Virus record (IMG/VR): IMGVR_UViG_3300025138_000016
Length of the DNA: 64,000 bases
Reading direction: 5' to 3' (one strand)
Source: a virus
Position numbers and translations under genes: made by a program. This document shows, one piece after another, positions 18,001-27,758 of the stretch. How positions within the stretch are numbered: position 1 is the stretch's first letter; each line of letters starts with the position of its first letter. A model generated the notes under the pieces. It saw only the letters and a list, made by a program, of their open reading frames with translations, was not told the origin of the DNA and ran no database searches.

Positions 18001-19288
18001 ATGCAAATGCTTTTACTTTTGCTGTACCAATCTCAGTACCAGGTGATACTGTTAAGTTATCATTATCAGTAACTGAAGTACCTACCGTATCTCTTAATGA
18101 TACAGTTGAGACTGTATTAGAACTAAATCCACCAACTAGTTGATCAACAATAAAGTAACTACCCATGTTTTGAGTTACTACTTGATCTTCTGAGCTAGCA
18201 AATGCTACTGCTTTCTGAACTGGTAATCTTGTTGTATTAAATTGTTCTGATCTAAATCCATTTACATAATGTAGTCCGGGGCCAACCAACACATTAAAAT
18301 GAGTAGTATTAGCTGAAATAGGCTCAGCTGACAAAGCATTTTTACGTATCGTGTAGTCGCCTGATTCATCTTTAGTCCTTAATGCCATCTCGTCTGAGAT
18401 AGTATTGAATTGTGTTGATAGCTTCTTAGCAATAGGTAGACCTTGTTGGAAGTCCATAATAGCCATAAAGTTACTATTTGATCTACCATCTTGTGTAGGA
18501 ATAGCAACTAAGAATGGATTTAACTTAAGTCTATCTGCTCCAGGAGCATTTTCATTATTATAACCTGAAGCATTATCTAGTAAAGACGTATCAGCATCTG
18601 AAGTAACAATTGTTTCTGCTACATCATAACCTACGGAGACATTGTCGGGTAAGTCCGTATACTTTGATGCTATTACTAGTCCTTCACTGACACTAACAAA
18701 ATGTCCTTTACTATAAATTATACCTTCTGAACAATGTACAGCATAACCTTGACCAACACAAGTAGCAGGTGTAGCAACCTGAGAACCAGCAACTGTTACA
18801 GTTGTTATTAATGTTGTTAATGCTGCATCAGAATATATCTCAATATTTTCTGTTGTTGTAAATGTTTTGGCGTCTGAAACACCAGTAGTTATATAGTCAA
18901 TATATAACGTAGTTAAATTAGGATTCTGTGAAACAAGTCCGTCTGCATATTGTTGAATTATAGCAACAACGTTAGAAGTAGCACCTTTACCGTAATAGTT
19001 AAGGTAAGTAGATGGAGCTACAGGCTGACCATCAGTTTGTAAATCAGCAATCTTTACGTAATCGTAATCAGCATCAAGCTTAATCTGACACCCTTCAATA
19101 ATAGTACCTTCTTTATAGATATTATTACCAAAGCGTGATACTTGAGCTTGGAGAATTGTCTGTAATTGAGTTAATTCTCTTGCTTGAAGAGCAACAGCTG
19201 GTTTAAAAAGAACTCTATGGAACTTTTTATCCGCGCTGTAGTCGTCGTAGTAAGGACTAACGTTAAAATCGGTGTTTAATGTACTCAT
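15074..19288 (-). CDS. DUF4815/VrlC-like virion structural protein, N-terminal half
   Basis: FNVSPYYDDY...RVLFKP...QARELTQLQTILQ; APGADRLK; LEYYTTLSQLE; DRFKNGIFVD. Confidence 0.8.
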   Translation of the reverse strand: MSTLNTDFNVSPYYDDYSADKKFHRVLFKPAVALQARELTQLQTILQAQVSRFGNNIYKEGTIIEGCQIKLDADYDYVKIADLQTDGQPVAPSTYLNYYGKGATSNVVAIIQQYADGLVSQNPNLTTLYIDYITTGVSDAKTFTTTENIEIYSDAALTTLITTVTVAGSQVATPATCVGQGYAVHCSEGIIYSKGHFVSVSEGLVIASKYTDLPDNVSVGYDVAETIVTSDADTSLLDNASGYNNENAPGADRLKLNPFLVAIPTQDGRSNSNFMAIMDFQQGLPIAKKLSTQFNTISDEMALRTKDESGDYTIRKNALSAEPISANTTHFNVLVGPGLHYVNGFRSEQFNTTRLPVQKAVAFASSEDQVVTQNMGSYFIVDQLVGGFSSNTVSTVSLRDTVGTSVTDNDNLTVSPGTEIGTAKVKAFAYHSGVQGTAKAQYKVYVFDVKMNAGKAIRNIKALHINAAGTADAVLINSRAILHEPQINTNLWPLPARAIKATSGSDYTYRSERQVTTSSNTVTITTLSGVFPYSGALTNVQKKEFIIRPTTTAGGIANNVAIDTDKASITVSGTTATVDLTAALASGITTSKAFNVTFNEKKTNVTPLKKTLKEVYVKIDCSNNAGTTAGPWSLGMPDVDSITGIFIGSTYSESNSESKIGFVLEKNSRDNFYGLSQLTKKSSQSLTGSNKILVKCKVFQAADPASGAGFYTASSYYKSDGVSLLDPEDIPVYVSDSGFKADLRDTLDSRPQVANTGAYAVSIGAATVNPSVTETFGSIDHFLAAPDKQFETDIQYYMGRIDKLAITEKGYIVTKRGAPASSPVPPQDPPGALVLGTIIVPPFPSLTSKEARAKLRTNESVVIQPSNTKRYTMKDISKMDKRLKNLEYYTTLSQLEQKTQNMAITDENGNDRFKNGIFVDPATDFNSADTRNREFNIAIDETSTEYHPKFKKEMIDLKLQSSTNMTDLDGLMILNATESSFINQDVCSNFRPCTSVFYKYVGKVKLTPNYDAGYDETTTPTKDIFIDTSTGVKDLLDNINDILPMTKTSIDHIGTSSANTVDVNTTTDTNFKNYGYWGWDGWGGYDHVGHEGYYGYGGHYGHNNYWGGWGWPYGHTTETAVTTTTTTTTDTYLKTTQQLAMGYEDNTTAVGDFITDVTFSPFMRAKLIKILVTGLRPNTRHYLFFDNTSQAANFRPGTLATLTDGSTTLLNSAKHVHKLGDYGDPVLSDSYGVLSAQFRLTAGIFNVGDRQLVLADATTIAGMDSATSTATATYSAYNYSVNKEGVSLTTRQPTFEFETIGSNTYTEETIDIDTDVTVTNTYAWNWWWDDEYYGNSIAMDTVGNTQDTSTVQFNPYSVNTGVTIVNNTYVTSTTGTGSKANTAITGSSGGIINIDEIYSMYETR

Positions 19289-19296
19289 CTATATTC

Positions 19297-21546
19297 CTAA
19301 AAATCTATTATCAGTTTAAATGTTTCTGTCTGATTATTGTCTCTGTTCACAGGCACGAAATTCTCTTTGTATATTACTGAGCCTGATCCAGCTTTAACTT
19401 CTGGCAATGTAACTGAATTTAATTTAAACTGCGCAGTACTATTGACTCCGTTTAAATATTTATCGCCCCCGGAGACATCTGACATCAAGAAAGTGTTCCT
19501 TACATTAGTTAATTCTACAACACCATCACCATTGGATGGATGCGCTAATACAAAGCCGGATGCTAGTGACTCACCCTGAGTTACTTTCTCATCTTCTACT
19601 AGTCCAGTTCCGCCTATACCTGCATATGCAACTTCGGTATTATACTTAAATGTCTGTCTGAAAACTGATGTTGGTTGTGTTACTGAGGTTATGACTGAAT
19701 TACCACCAGCATTACCTGCTATAGTTTCATTCGCGAAAAATCCTCTTATATTTTTACAAGCAATACCTGAAGCATTAGCTGATATAACAACAGCTGTTGC
19801 GCCTGATGTAGCTCCTAGTATTGATTCACCTGGTGAGAATGTTGTATCAGAAGATGAAAGTACTAATGTACCGTTTGCGAAAAGTGGATCTCTTAATAGT
19901 CCTACTTCTCTGAAATCGTTATTAGCGACTAGCTTGCCGCTTTCTGTATTAGCAATAGATATTGATATACCTATTTGACTTGAGAATAATTCTGTTAATG
20001 TATTTGAACCATGTCCGTTCTCTGGAGAGATAATAGCTCTTGCTGTGGCTGTATTTGATACGTAGCTATTAGATGATGCATTAGTAACAAATCCTGTATT
20101 ACCTACTATGTTAATATCAGCATATGTATAACCACTTCCAGTACTAATCATTTCAACATTAGCTACAACGTTAGCGTTTAATACATCGTTAATCTTAGCT
20201 CTTGCTTGTGCTCCAGTCCCATCACCAGTAATAATAACCTGAGGTCCTATACTATATCTTGAATCTGTTGCTAAGTTAGTAGAGAAGCTATTAGTTAATA
20301 ATACTCTCTTTTCGTTAGCTGTAACAATATACTCATCAATTATACCTAATTGTCCTGCTCCTGTACCTGACTCAATATAGAAAGATGATCCTTTATAGAA
20401 GTCAACATTAGAAGATAGAGTATCACCTGTTTGTATAACTGAAGCAACATTACTCTTTGTTGATGAAGTAATACCAGTAATCTCATCAGTAATACCAATA
20501 TCACCTTTAATAGACGATACGGTTAAATGAGAACTGTTACTATCAATAATTATTCCGTTAGCAGTACCAACAGTAGCTTGAAGTATAGCACTTGAACCAG
20601 AGCTTGTTGTTATTATAACATTAGATGTGCCAGTATATGTTTTACCTTTTGTTATTAAATTAACGCCTGTTATTGTTCCGTTAGCATTAACAGATGCAAT
20701 ATTAGCTGTAGCAGTTAATGTAGATGGTCCATCGAACGCTAATGTATCAGTAGCTAGATAACCAGTACCACCATTAAGTATTCTTAACTGTTTAATAAAC
20801 GTTGTTTTAACTTCTTCTTTTATAAATCCGCTTGTTGAACCAATATTAAGAACAGATGAAGTAGTACCTGAAATAGATACTAACTTAGGATCACCAGCAA
20901 CGTTAAATTCGTTAATGAATCCAGCTGCATAAGCAGAGTAATCTCTACCACCTTCTGTTACTTTAATAACTTGAATTGTACCATCAATAGCATCGGCTTT
21001 AACATTAGATGATAGAACAACAGGCATAGTATTTGTTGTAGCAAATTTATCCATAGTAGCTACTGGGATAGTATACATATACTTCCACTGATATCCATCA
21101 GATGCTGTTATATAAATCTCGTCATTAGAAGATGTTTCAGTTAGAGATGGAGCTTGAACAGAGTTAGCACCGTAGTTATTATCTAAACATTTAAATACAT
21201 TAAATCCTGATGTCTCATTAACAACAACTGTAAAATCGGTATCCATTAAGTGGTCAGTAGTATCATCATACATATTATATAATGTATTATTAGACCAGTT
21301 ATTTCTTTTAACCATATGTAAAGCGTCATTATTAGTAACTTGCTTACCACCAATCATATTCTGATATGATTTATAATGAATTTCACTTTCACTATCTTGG
21401 AATGCAGGTGGTGTATTATCATCTGGGAATGGAATATGATTACCATAGAAAAGATACAGTAATGTATTAGCTGATTCAGTAAGAGATTCTTTAAACTGCT
21501 CTGCGCTTAAGACTCTGAAATTATGGGTTACATTTTTATGTGACAT
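19297..21546 (-). CDS. gp8: Baseplate wedge subunit
   Basis: VFKCLDNN, DGYQWKYMY, NDFREVGLLRDP; gene order 25-6-7-8. Confidence 0.8.
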   Translation of the reverse strand: MSHKNVTHNFRVLSAEQFKESLTESANTLLYLFYGNHIPFPDDNTPPAFQDSESEIHYKSYQNMIGGKQVTNNDALHMVKRNNWSNNTLYNMYDDTTDHLMDTDFTVVVNETSGFNVFKCLDNNYGANSVQAPSLTETSSNDEIYITASDGYQWKYMYTIPVATMDKFATTNTMPVVLSSNVKADAIDGTIQVIKVTEGGRDYSAYAAGFINEFNVAGDPKLVSISGTTSSVLNIGSTSGFIKEEVKTTFIKQLRILNGGTGYLATDTLAFDGPSTLTATANIASVNANGTITGVNLITKGKTYTGTSNVIITTSSGSSAILQATVGTANGIIIDSNSSHLTVSSIKGDIGITDEITGITSSTKSNVASVIQTGDTLSSNVDFYKGSSFYIESGTGAGQLGIIDEYIVTANEKRVLLTNSFSTNLATDSRYSIGPQVIITGDGTGAQARAKINDVLNANVVANVEMISTGSGYTYADINIVGNTGFVTNASSNSYVSNTATARAIISPENGHGSNTLTELFSSQIGISISIANTESGKLVANNDFREVGLLRDPLFANGTLVLSSSDTTFSPGESILGATSGATAVVISANASGIACKNIRGFFANETIAGNAGGNSVITSVTQPTSVFRQTFKYNTEVAYAGIGGTGLVEDEKVTQGESLASGFVLAHPSNGDGVVELTNVRNTFLMSDVSGGDKYLNGVNSTAQFKLNSVTLPEVKAGSGSVIYKENFVPVNRDNNQTETFKLIIDF

Positions 21547-21548
21547 TA

Positions 21549-24500
21549 TTAACTGCTCGTTGTTATTATTGCATCAGCTGCGGTTGTGCTTTTGTTTGAA
21601 TGGGTTGTTCGTACCACCTCACCAAACAGCTTGGTACCGGCAAGATGTAAAATTTCTTTTAATTGCTCTTCATATTTAGCTAATGCGATTCCAGTTCTAG
21701 ATACATAAGAATACTCTTGGTAGTAATCACTATCTTGTATCTTATTTACATCACTAACAAATGATTGTCTATCTCTCCAGCGCCCTTCACCCTTACCTTG
21801 GTTTAGAATATTAGCTTTACCAGTTACAATGAATGCTGTATTAGCAGCTGTTAAATTAACTATATCGTCTTGCTCATAACCAAAGCCTGAATCAATAATT
21901 TCTAGCGTTGTTGCTACACCATTAGCGGTTATAACATCAGCTTGTACATTAGCATTTAAACCAATTGGTAATGTATCTTCATCTTGATAAGCCCATTGCA
22001 CGTTAGCTGTAGCTCCTGATGATAGACCTGTTAATGCTGTACCAGGTACAAATGCTTGACCAAAACTTAATCTTCTTATTTTTATTTGCTCAACGCCATT
22101 ATTAATCTGTCTATTTTTAAATGTACCAGTAGCAATAGCTGCTGTTGTTGTCTGTGATACACCAGTTGATAGAGGTGTAACGTTTGCTGTAGTAGATTGA
22201 GTCTGTATTATATGGCCATCATTGAATGTACCATTTACATTACTTATTTTTATAAACGTTGAATTAGATGTTTCAATGACGCCAGTAGCGCCTGTTGTTA
22301 ACTGAATAACACCTTCACCAACTGCTAATGCATCATTGTTAGCATTTAATGTAATACCATTAGATGAACTATTACTATGATTAACTAAGAAACCAGGTAA
22401 TGATATAGTCTGTTGTAATCTCTCGTCTGTTTTAAATAACCCGTTTCTATTATCAATAACACAAATAAGATCTCTTCTATTAAAACCAGCAACATATGGA
22501 TTATGGGCTAGTGCTATAGGATCTAAGTTATATCCTCCACCTGGGTTTATACCTTTAAATGATCCAATAGTACCAATTTGGAAATTAGCAAATGTAAGAG
22601 CGTTATATAATATAGTTGTAAGATCAGCTGATCCTGATTTTGGGAACCCGTAACCAAAGTCCATATTAACAGCTAACTTAGCAAGTGTACCTGTTGATGT
22701 ATTAATGGTTATTGTGGCGTTTGAGTTATACTCGGTACCTGGTTCCACAACAGCAATAGCATTTATACCACCTGTTGTATTTGTTTGTAGCGTACCAGTA
22801 GCACCTGTATTAGGTGTACCGCCTGTTATGGTGACTGTATCAGAGTTCTGATAACTAGATCCACCTAAAATACTTGAGCCTGTTATATTAGCAAAAGCAT
22901 TAGCCTGTTCGTTTGTTATTGTTCTTGAATTAGTAAATGTACCATTAGATAGATTTCTAACTATCATCATTGTACTATTAATAGATTCAATAGTTCCTAC
23001 TGCTCCTATGGAATTACCAGATGCTCTCATTCTGGGCGCTAAGCCTACACCTGAACCTGAGGAGGTTATAGTAACCGCTGGTACGGCTTCATACTGTATA
23101 CCCTTATTGGATAATTCGATGGCTTGGACTTTACCAGTACCATCTGTCACCACGTTACCTACTGCACTCGTTGACGGACCACCTCCTGTAAATGTCACCG
23201 TATCTGAGTTACTATAACCTGAACCGGTTGCTGTAACAACAACAGCATTTACAACTAAGTTAGCCTCGAAAACATAATCACCTGCGCTGAAACCACCGTT
23301 TGCAGCAAAAGGGCTACCCGCATTAGCAAGATTTCCATATGTTATTCCTGTATTGATTGTCACACTATCTACAAAGCCAATACCAGCATTTGATCCTTGA
23401 ATATGAACGTTCGAGAACGGTCTTGGATCTAACGCTGTATTATTAGCACCTATAATATCAGTAAATAAAGAAAGAGATTCTTGCTCAGCTAGGTTACCAA
23501 CTTCATAGTCAGCAGATTGACCGCTTCCTACATTAGCAACATTAGCATAAGTATTACTTAATCTCCCTCTTACAAATGCACCGTCTCCCTTATAGAAGAA
23601 TTTATTATTAGCATTTAAGCCTATAACAAGTGTATTTGATTCTGTTCTATTTTGTGAGCCAATAAACTCACCAACTGAAGTAGCATTAGCTACAGTATCT
23701 ATTTGAACATTAGTAGCTGTATTACTTACATACAGATAATCTGCAGATGTAAACGAGCCGTCATGTACCATAATAGTAATTAAATTACCTGAGTCATTAA
23801 CCATATAGCCATTAGCTACTTGAGACCCAGAAGTATTAGCACCAATAATTACTGAATTATTAGCAAAGGTTTTAAAATCTGTATTACCACTAGCCCATGA
23901 TACGTTAGCAAGATCTTGCTCAACATCTTCAAATAAGAAGAAGTCTGTTATATCAGTATTAGAGTTAACAACTGTATCTATAACTAATGTAGCATTAGAT
24001 GATAACGTTCTAGTATATGTATTTGAAACTGTATAACCATATCCACCATTAGATAGTAGGAAATTAACTCTACCTGTAGCATCTAACGTTTTAGTTATTT
24101 TAGCTTTACCCTTACCACCTTTACCAGCTGATGATTCAACTTGAAATATATCACCAACATTAAAATTACGTCCACCATTATCTATAGTAATATTTGTTAA
24201 CGAGCCAACCATTTTAGGAGCATCTTCGATAAGACCGTTATCAGTAATGTATTCATCTGTTTCAAACTTACCATTAACATTAGATAAGTAAGCTACTGTT
24301 ATTCTTTTACCATTAACAGTTTTAACAACAACAGACTCACAAAAACCAGTTGCTCCTGATGAGGACCCTGTTATCTGTTTAGTAATATATGCTCTTGTTC
24401 TTTCTGATGGTGAGAGTTCTAAATAGACAGGCTTAAAGAATGTACTCTGACTTGGTGTTAATATTCTTGTACTAGGTAAAAATATCTCTACCTCTTCACC

Positions 24501-24836
24501 AAAGAGCATCTTTATTAATAGCTCATATGACCTTGATGTACCTTTTGATTGATAAAGGTCACTAACGTGCTTAATTAAAAATCTCTCATCTGCTATACTC
24601 TTTTCTTGAGTACCTTGGAGGAAAGTATTTTTAAAGTGTACAATAAATTCTTGTACTGTAGTATCAATATCTCTTCTTGATTTGAGGCTACGTGTTAATT
24701 TTGTTGTTTTATTATCTTGCTCTAGATATTCAAAATAAGCCATAACGAGAGCTACGACCTCAGAATTTTGCTCTCTAAAGTATTCGGGGAACTGATCCTC
24801 GATAACGTTAGAAATATATTCAGGCGTAAGATTCAT
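21549..24836 (-). CDS. gp7: Baseplate wedge initiator
   Basis: QFPEYF, LYQSKGT, IQDSDYYQEYSY, HLAGTKLFG. Confidence 0.8.
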   Translation of the reverse strand: MNLTPEYISNVIEDQFPEYFREQNSEVVALVMAYFEYLEQDNKTTKLTRSLKSRRDIDTTVQEFIVHFKNTFLQGTQEKSIADERFLIKHVSDLYQSKGTSRSYELLIKMLFGEEVEIFLPSTRILTPSQSTFFKPVYLELSPSERTRAYITKQITGSSSGATGFCESVVVKTVNGKRITVAYLSNVNGKFETDEYITDNGLIEDAPKMVGSLTNITIDNGGRNFNVGDIFQVESSAGKGGKGKAKITKTLDATGRVNFLLSNGGYGYTVSNTYTRTLSSNATLVIDTVVNSNTDITDFFLFEDVEQDLANVSWASGNTDFKTFANNSVIIGANTSGSQVANGYMVNDSGNLITIMVHDGSFTSADYLYVSNTATNVQIDTVANATSVGEFIGSQNRTESNTLVIGLNANNKFFYKGDGAFVRGRLSNTYANVANVGSGQSADYEVGNLAEQESLSLFTDIIGANNTALDPRPFSNVHIQGSNAGIGFVDSVTINTGITYGNLANAGSPFAANGGFSAGDYVFEANLVVNAVVVTATGSGYSNSDTVTFTGGGPSTSAVGNVVTDGTGKVQAIELSNKGIQYEAVPAVTITSSGSGVGLAPRMRASGNSIGAVGTIESINSTMMIVRNLSNGTFTNSRTITNEQANAFANITGSSILGGSSYQNSDTVTITGGTPNTGATGTLQTNTTGGINAIAVVEPGTEYNSNATITINTSTGTLAKLAVNMDFGYGFPKSGSADLTTILYNALTFANFQIGTIGSFKGINPGGGYNLDPIALAHNPYVAGFNRRDLICVIDNRNGLFKTDERLQQTISLPGFLVNHSNSSSNGITLNANNDALAVGEGVIQLTTGATGVIETSNSTFIKISNVNGTFNDGHIIQTQSTTANVTPLSTGVSQTTTAAIATGTFKNRQINNGVEQIKIRRLSFGQAFVPGTALTGLSSGATANVQWAYQDEDTLPIGLNANVQADVITANGVATTLEIIDSGFGYEQDDIVNLTAANTAFIVTGKANILNQGKGEGRWRDRQSFVSDVNKIQDSDYYQEYSYVSRTGIALAKYEEQLKEILHLAGTKLFGEVVRTTHSNKSTTAADAIITTSS

Positions 24837-24839
24837 TTA

Positions 24840-26654
24840 CTATGCTCTCTCAGGAATAGCGGTTATTGATATATCACTAGCATTTAGTTGAAGTATAGCA
24901 CCTTTAGTAGATTTAATATTTCTGCTAACTGTTCTTGCTTTTACCTCTAAATTTGTACCTGTAAATGCTGGTATTAATAGAGATGATATTTCTATCTTAC
25001 CAGTCTTATAATCGACAGTACCAGCTTTAGCTAGAATAATAACTAATTTGTCTGAGCTATCTGTCTTAACAATCTTAAGATTACCAAGTCCATCATCTAC
25101 TAGAAATGCACTTGTGTCAGTAGCAAATGTAAATGTTGTTGATTCAATAGCTGATTTATATGTTGTCTTAACTGATGTGCTATGTAATATGTCATCAACA
25201 GCAAGCTCATTATTAAAGTCAATAACATATGACTTTTTAATTGTAGCAGGAGGTGAGAGCTTTCTCTTCACTCTAACTTCAAACTCAGTTGATGATATTG
25301 AAGTATCACAAGCATCTACTGCTCCTAATGCTTTTGAGTTTCTATATGTTACACCAAATCCATTTATGTTTGTATTAGCAAAAGATATTAAAGCATTAGT
25401 TGCTTTTGTTGCTATTGCACTAGTTGATTGGGTTGTTGTAGTTATATTATAGTATGATTTACCATTAATTTCAACGTATAAGAATTCTGGTATATTAACA
25501 ACAACATCAATACCTACTGGTGTTTTATCTTTAAAGAAGTCGGTTATTGAGCTTTTTAATGACTCTGGTACGCCGTCTGCATCAGCTAAATCAACCGCTA
25601 GAATAACTTTACCATAACGAGGTGGAGTTAATTGCTCGCCACCAAATGCCAGCACATTTTTAACTTGAGGGTATTCTCTTTGCAATAGTATTTTATAATC
25701 GTTGGCTGTAACAGCTCTTTCTTGCACCTGGAAGGCACGCGGTGCATTGAATTTGATATCGTTCATCGATTCAATTTCTTGTCCACCGATACTATTTGTG
25801 ACAGTTGATACAGCAACGTTGCTATGACCGTCTATTGATCCACTATTAACAAAAACTTTACCATTATCACCGAGCTTACCTGTGCCCGATCTATATGAAA
25901 TCTCTACTAAATTACCTTGAACTGGTTTTTTACCAAACACTCCATCACCGAATGTGATGTTAAACTTACTTCCTTGTGTTGGTTCTATAAAATATGAATT
26001 GGATGTAGATGATAATCCAAATAGAGTATCAGCTCTTGTCCATACAGAGTTAGAAGTAGAACTACTTGATTCTCTTATTTTAACAACTAGATGTCTTGTA
26101 TCTACTTCTTTATTAGATATAGTTGCTATAAATGAGTTAGCTGAGGTAACAGCAAATACTTCTTCAACAACTTTACCTTCAAATATATCAACATTAGATG
26201 CAACGTACTGTGTATTATTTAATCCATCAACAGAAGGTTTAATAACTAAAGCGTTTTCAGTTGTGAATGTTTTAGATACACCAGCAATAGACGTAGTGAA
26301 AGGAGTATACTTTGGTACAGTAATAAGACTCTGTCTTTCAGTTGGATAAACTTGTAGATTAATAACCGCTTTTGATGAATGAAATGATCTAGGTGTATAA
26401 TTAAGTTCTTTAATATGCGATATAATACTATCTCTTTCTTGAGCTGTATCTAAGAACATTTCATTAGCTACCATATTAAGGTAGAAATTATTTAAATATG
26501 TGTTATAAGCTAATACATCTAAAACAGTACTAATATTAGAACCTGTATAGTCATAATCCTTAATATTGCTCTGTGATTGAAGAAACGTAACTAAATTAGT
26601 TTTAATTCCTTCGAAGTCTAGCTCTGCGATTTGTGTTGCTGAATTTGCGGCCAT
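24840..26654 (-). CDS. gp6: Baseplate wedge subunit
   Basis: ELDFEGIK, LLDVLAYNT-like motif, FGDGVFGKK, QERAVTANDY. Confidence 0.9.
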   Translation of the reverse strand: MAANSATQIAELDFEGIKTNLVTFLQSQSNIKDYDYTGSNISTVLDVLAYNTYLNNFYLNMVANEMFLDTAQERDSIISHIKELNYTPRSFHSSKAVINLQVYPTERQSLITVPKYTPFTTSIAGVSKTFTTENALVIKPSVDGLNNTQYVASNVDIFEGKVVEEVFAVTSANSFIATISNKEVDTRHLVVKIRESSSSTSNSVWTRADTLFGLSSTSNSYFIEPTQGSKFNITFGDGVFGKKPVQGNLVEISYRSGTGKLGDNGKVFVNSGSIDGHSNVAVSTVTNSIGGQEIESMNDIKFNAPRAFQVQERAVTANDYKILLQREYPQVKNVLAFGGEQLTPPRYGKVILAVDLADADGVPESLKSSITDFFKDKTPVGIDVVVNIPEFLYVEINGKSYYNITTTTQSTSAIATKATNALISFANTNINGFGVTYRNSKALGAVDACDTSISSTEFEVRVKRKLSPPATIKKSYVIDFNNELAVDDILHSTSVKTTYKSAIESTTFTFATDTSAFLVDDGLGNLKIVKTDSSDKLVIILAKAGTVDYKTGKIEISSLLIPAFTGTNLEVKARTVSRNIKSTKGAILQLNASDISITAIPERA

Positions 26655-27049
26655 TACCTTACCCTACTTAATATTAAATCCAGTACTACTGGAGTTTCTG
26701 CGTTTATTGCTGAAAATGTAACATAAACATTATATTGATTTCTATCTGAGTCATCTTCTACAACAACATCCATAAGGTTACATCTTGGTTCATAATTTAT
26801 AATTGTTTCGTAAATAAGTTCTCGTAAGTTATAAGCAGTTTGTGGACCTGAATTTTCAAATAATAAGCTTCTTATTGAAGATCCAACATCTGGTCTAAAC
26901 ACTCTCTCATATCTATTTGTATTTAATAGATTTTTAATTGATTGCTCTATCGACGCTTCATTGTTAACGAGCAGGAGATCATCAGTAGCTGGATTGACTG
27001 CTAAGTCAAATCGAAGATCAGAATATACGATATTTTTATTTCTACTCAT
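26654..27049 (-). CDS. gp25: Baseplate wedge subunit / sheath initiator
   Basis: YSDL, SIKNLLNT..ERVFRP..GS, NYEPR. Confidence 0.9.
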   Translation of the reverse strand: MSRNKNIVYSDLRFDLAVNPATDDLLLVNNEASIEQSIKNLLNTNRYERVFRPDVGSSIRSLLFENSGPQTAYNLRELIYETIINYEPRCNLMDVVVEDDSDRNQYNVYVTFSAINAETPVVLDLILSRVR

Positions 27050-27062
27050 AGATTTATTTATC

Positions 27063-27758
27063 TTACTTAAATGTGAACTTAGACTGTGCTTTTATTTGGT
27101 TTACTTTATTAAGCATGTCTGTTGTTATCTTAGTTACATCAGCCTGAATTGCTTCAGTTGCTGCGGTCAACTCTTCAGTTATTTCAGCAGCTGCTTCTTG
27201 TACTTTTGCTGGATCAATAATCTCTTCTGGTTTAGGAAGATCTTTTGCTGCTTCTTCTGGAGCTGTTGAAGGTATACCTTTTTCTATTATACCATCTACT
27301 GCTTCTTCTATATTAGGAACTAATTTACAAAGAGTTTCTTTATCAATCTTACCTGCTTTCAAATCTGCTATTAATTTATCTAGTTCTGCAGCTGGCATAC
27401 TAGGAAATTTATCTTTTAACGAATCTAAATTTAAAAGAGCTTTTGCTTTATCTAATGGATTGTTTGAACTAAGTAGATCTAAGAATCCACCTACTTCAAG
27501 TTGCAAGTTCATCTTCGGTATAGGTAGCTCTGGTAACTCGAGATTAGGTAAATCAGGCATGTCTGGTAATTCAATATTAGGCATCATCTCTTTCATCTTA
27601 GCTGCAGCCTCGCCAATCTTAGCGTCTGCTTGAGCGGCTAGATCATCTAACTTACCCATAATACCATCTGCACCAGCAGTTAGCCCGTCAGTGAATCCGT
27701 TTAATGCATCTTTTGCTTTAGTTAATGCTTCTAAACCTTTACCTGGACCACAACTCAT
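27063..27758 (-). CDS. Hypothetical protein between gp5 and gp25
   Basis: 231 aa, coupled to gp5, (E/D)LP repeats; no PAAR motif. Confidence 0.6.
   Translation of the reverse strand: MSCGPGKGLEALTKAKDALNGFTDGLTAGADGIMGKLDDLAAQADAKIGEAAAKMKEMMPNIELPDMPDLPNLELPELPIPKMNLQLEVGGFLDLLSSNNPLDKAKALLNLDSLKDKFPSMPAAELDKLIADLKAGKIDKETLCKLVPNIEEAVDGIIEKGIPSTAPEEAAKDLPKPEEIIDPAKVQEAAAEITEELTAATEAIQADVTKITTDMLNKVNQIKAQSKFTFK

Noticed and set aside
10147-26349. Long + strand ORFs antisense to structural genes (e.g. 11422-12216)
   Set aside because: Typical antisense shadows of genes with strong codon bias
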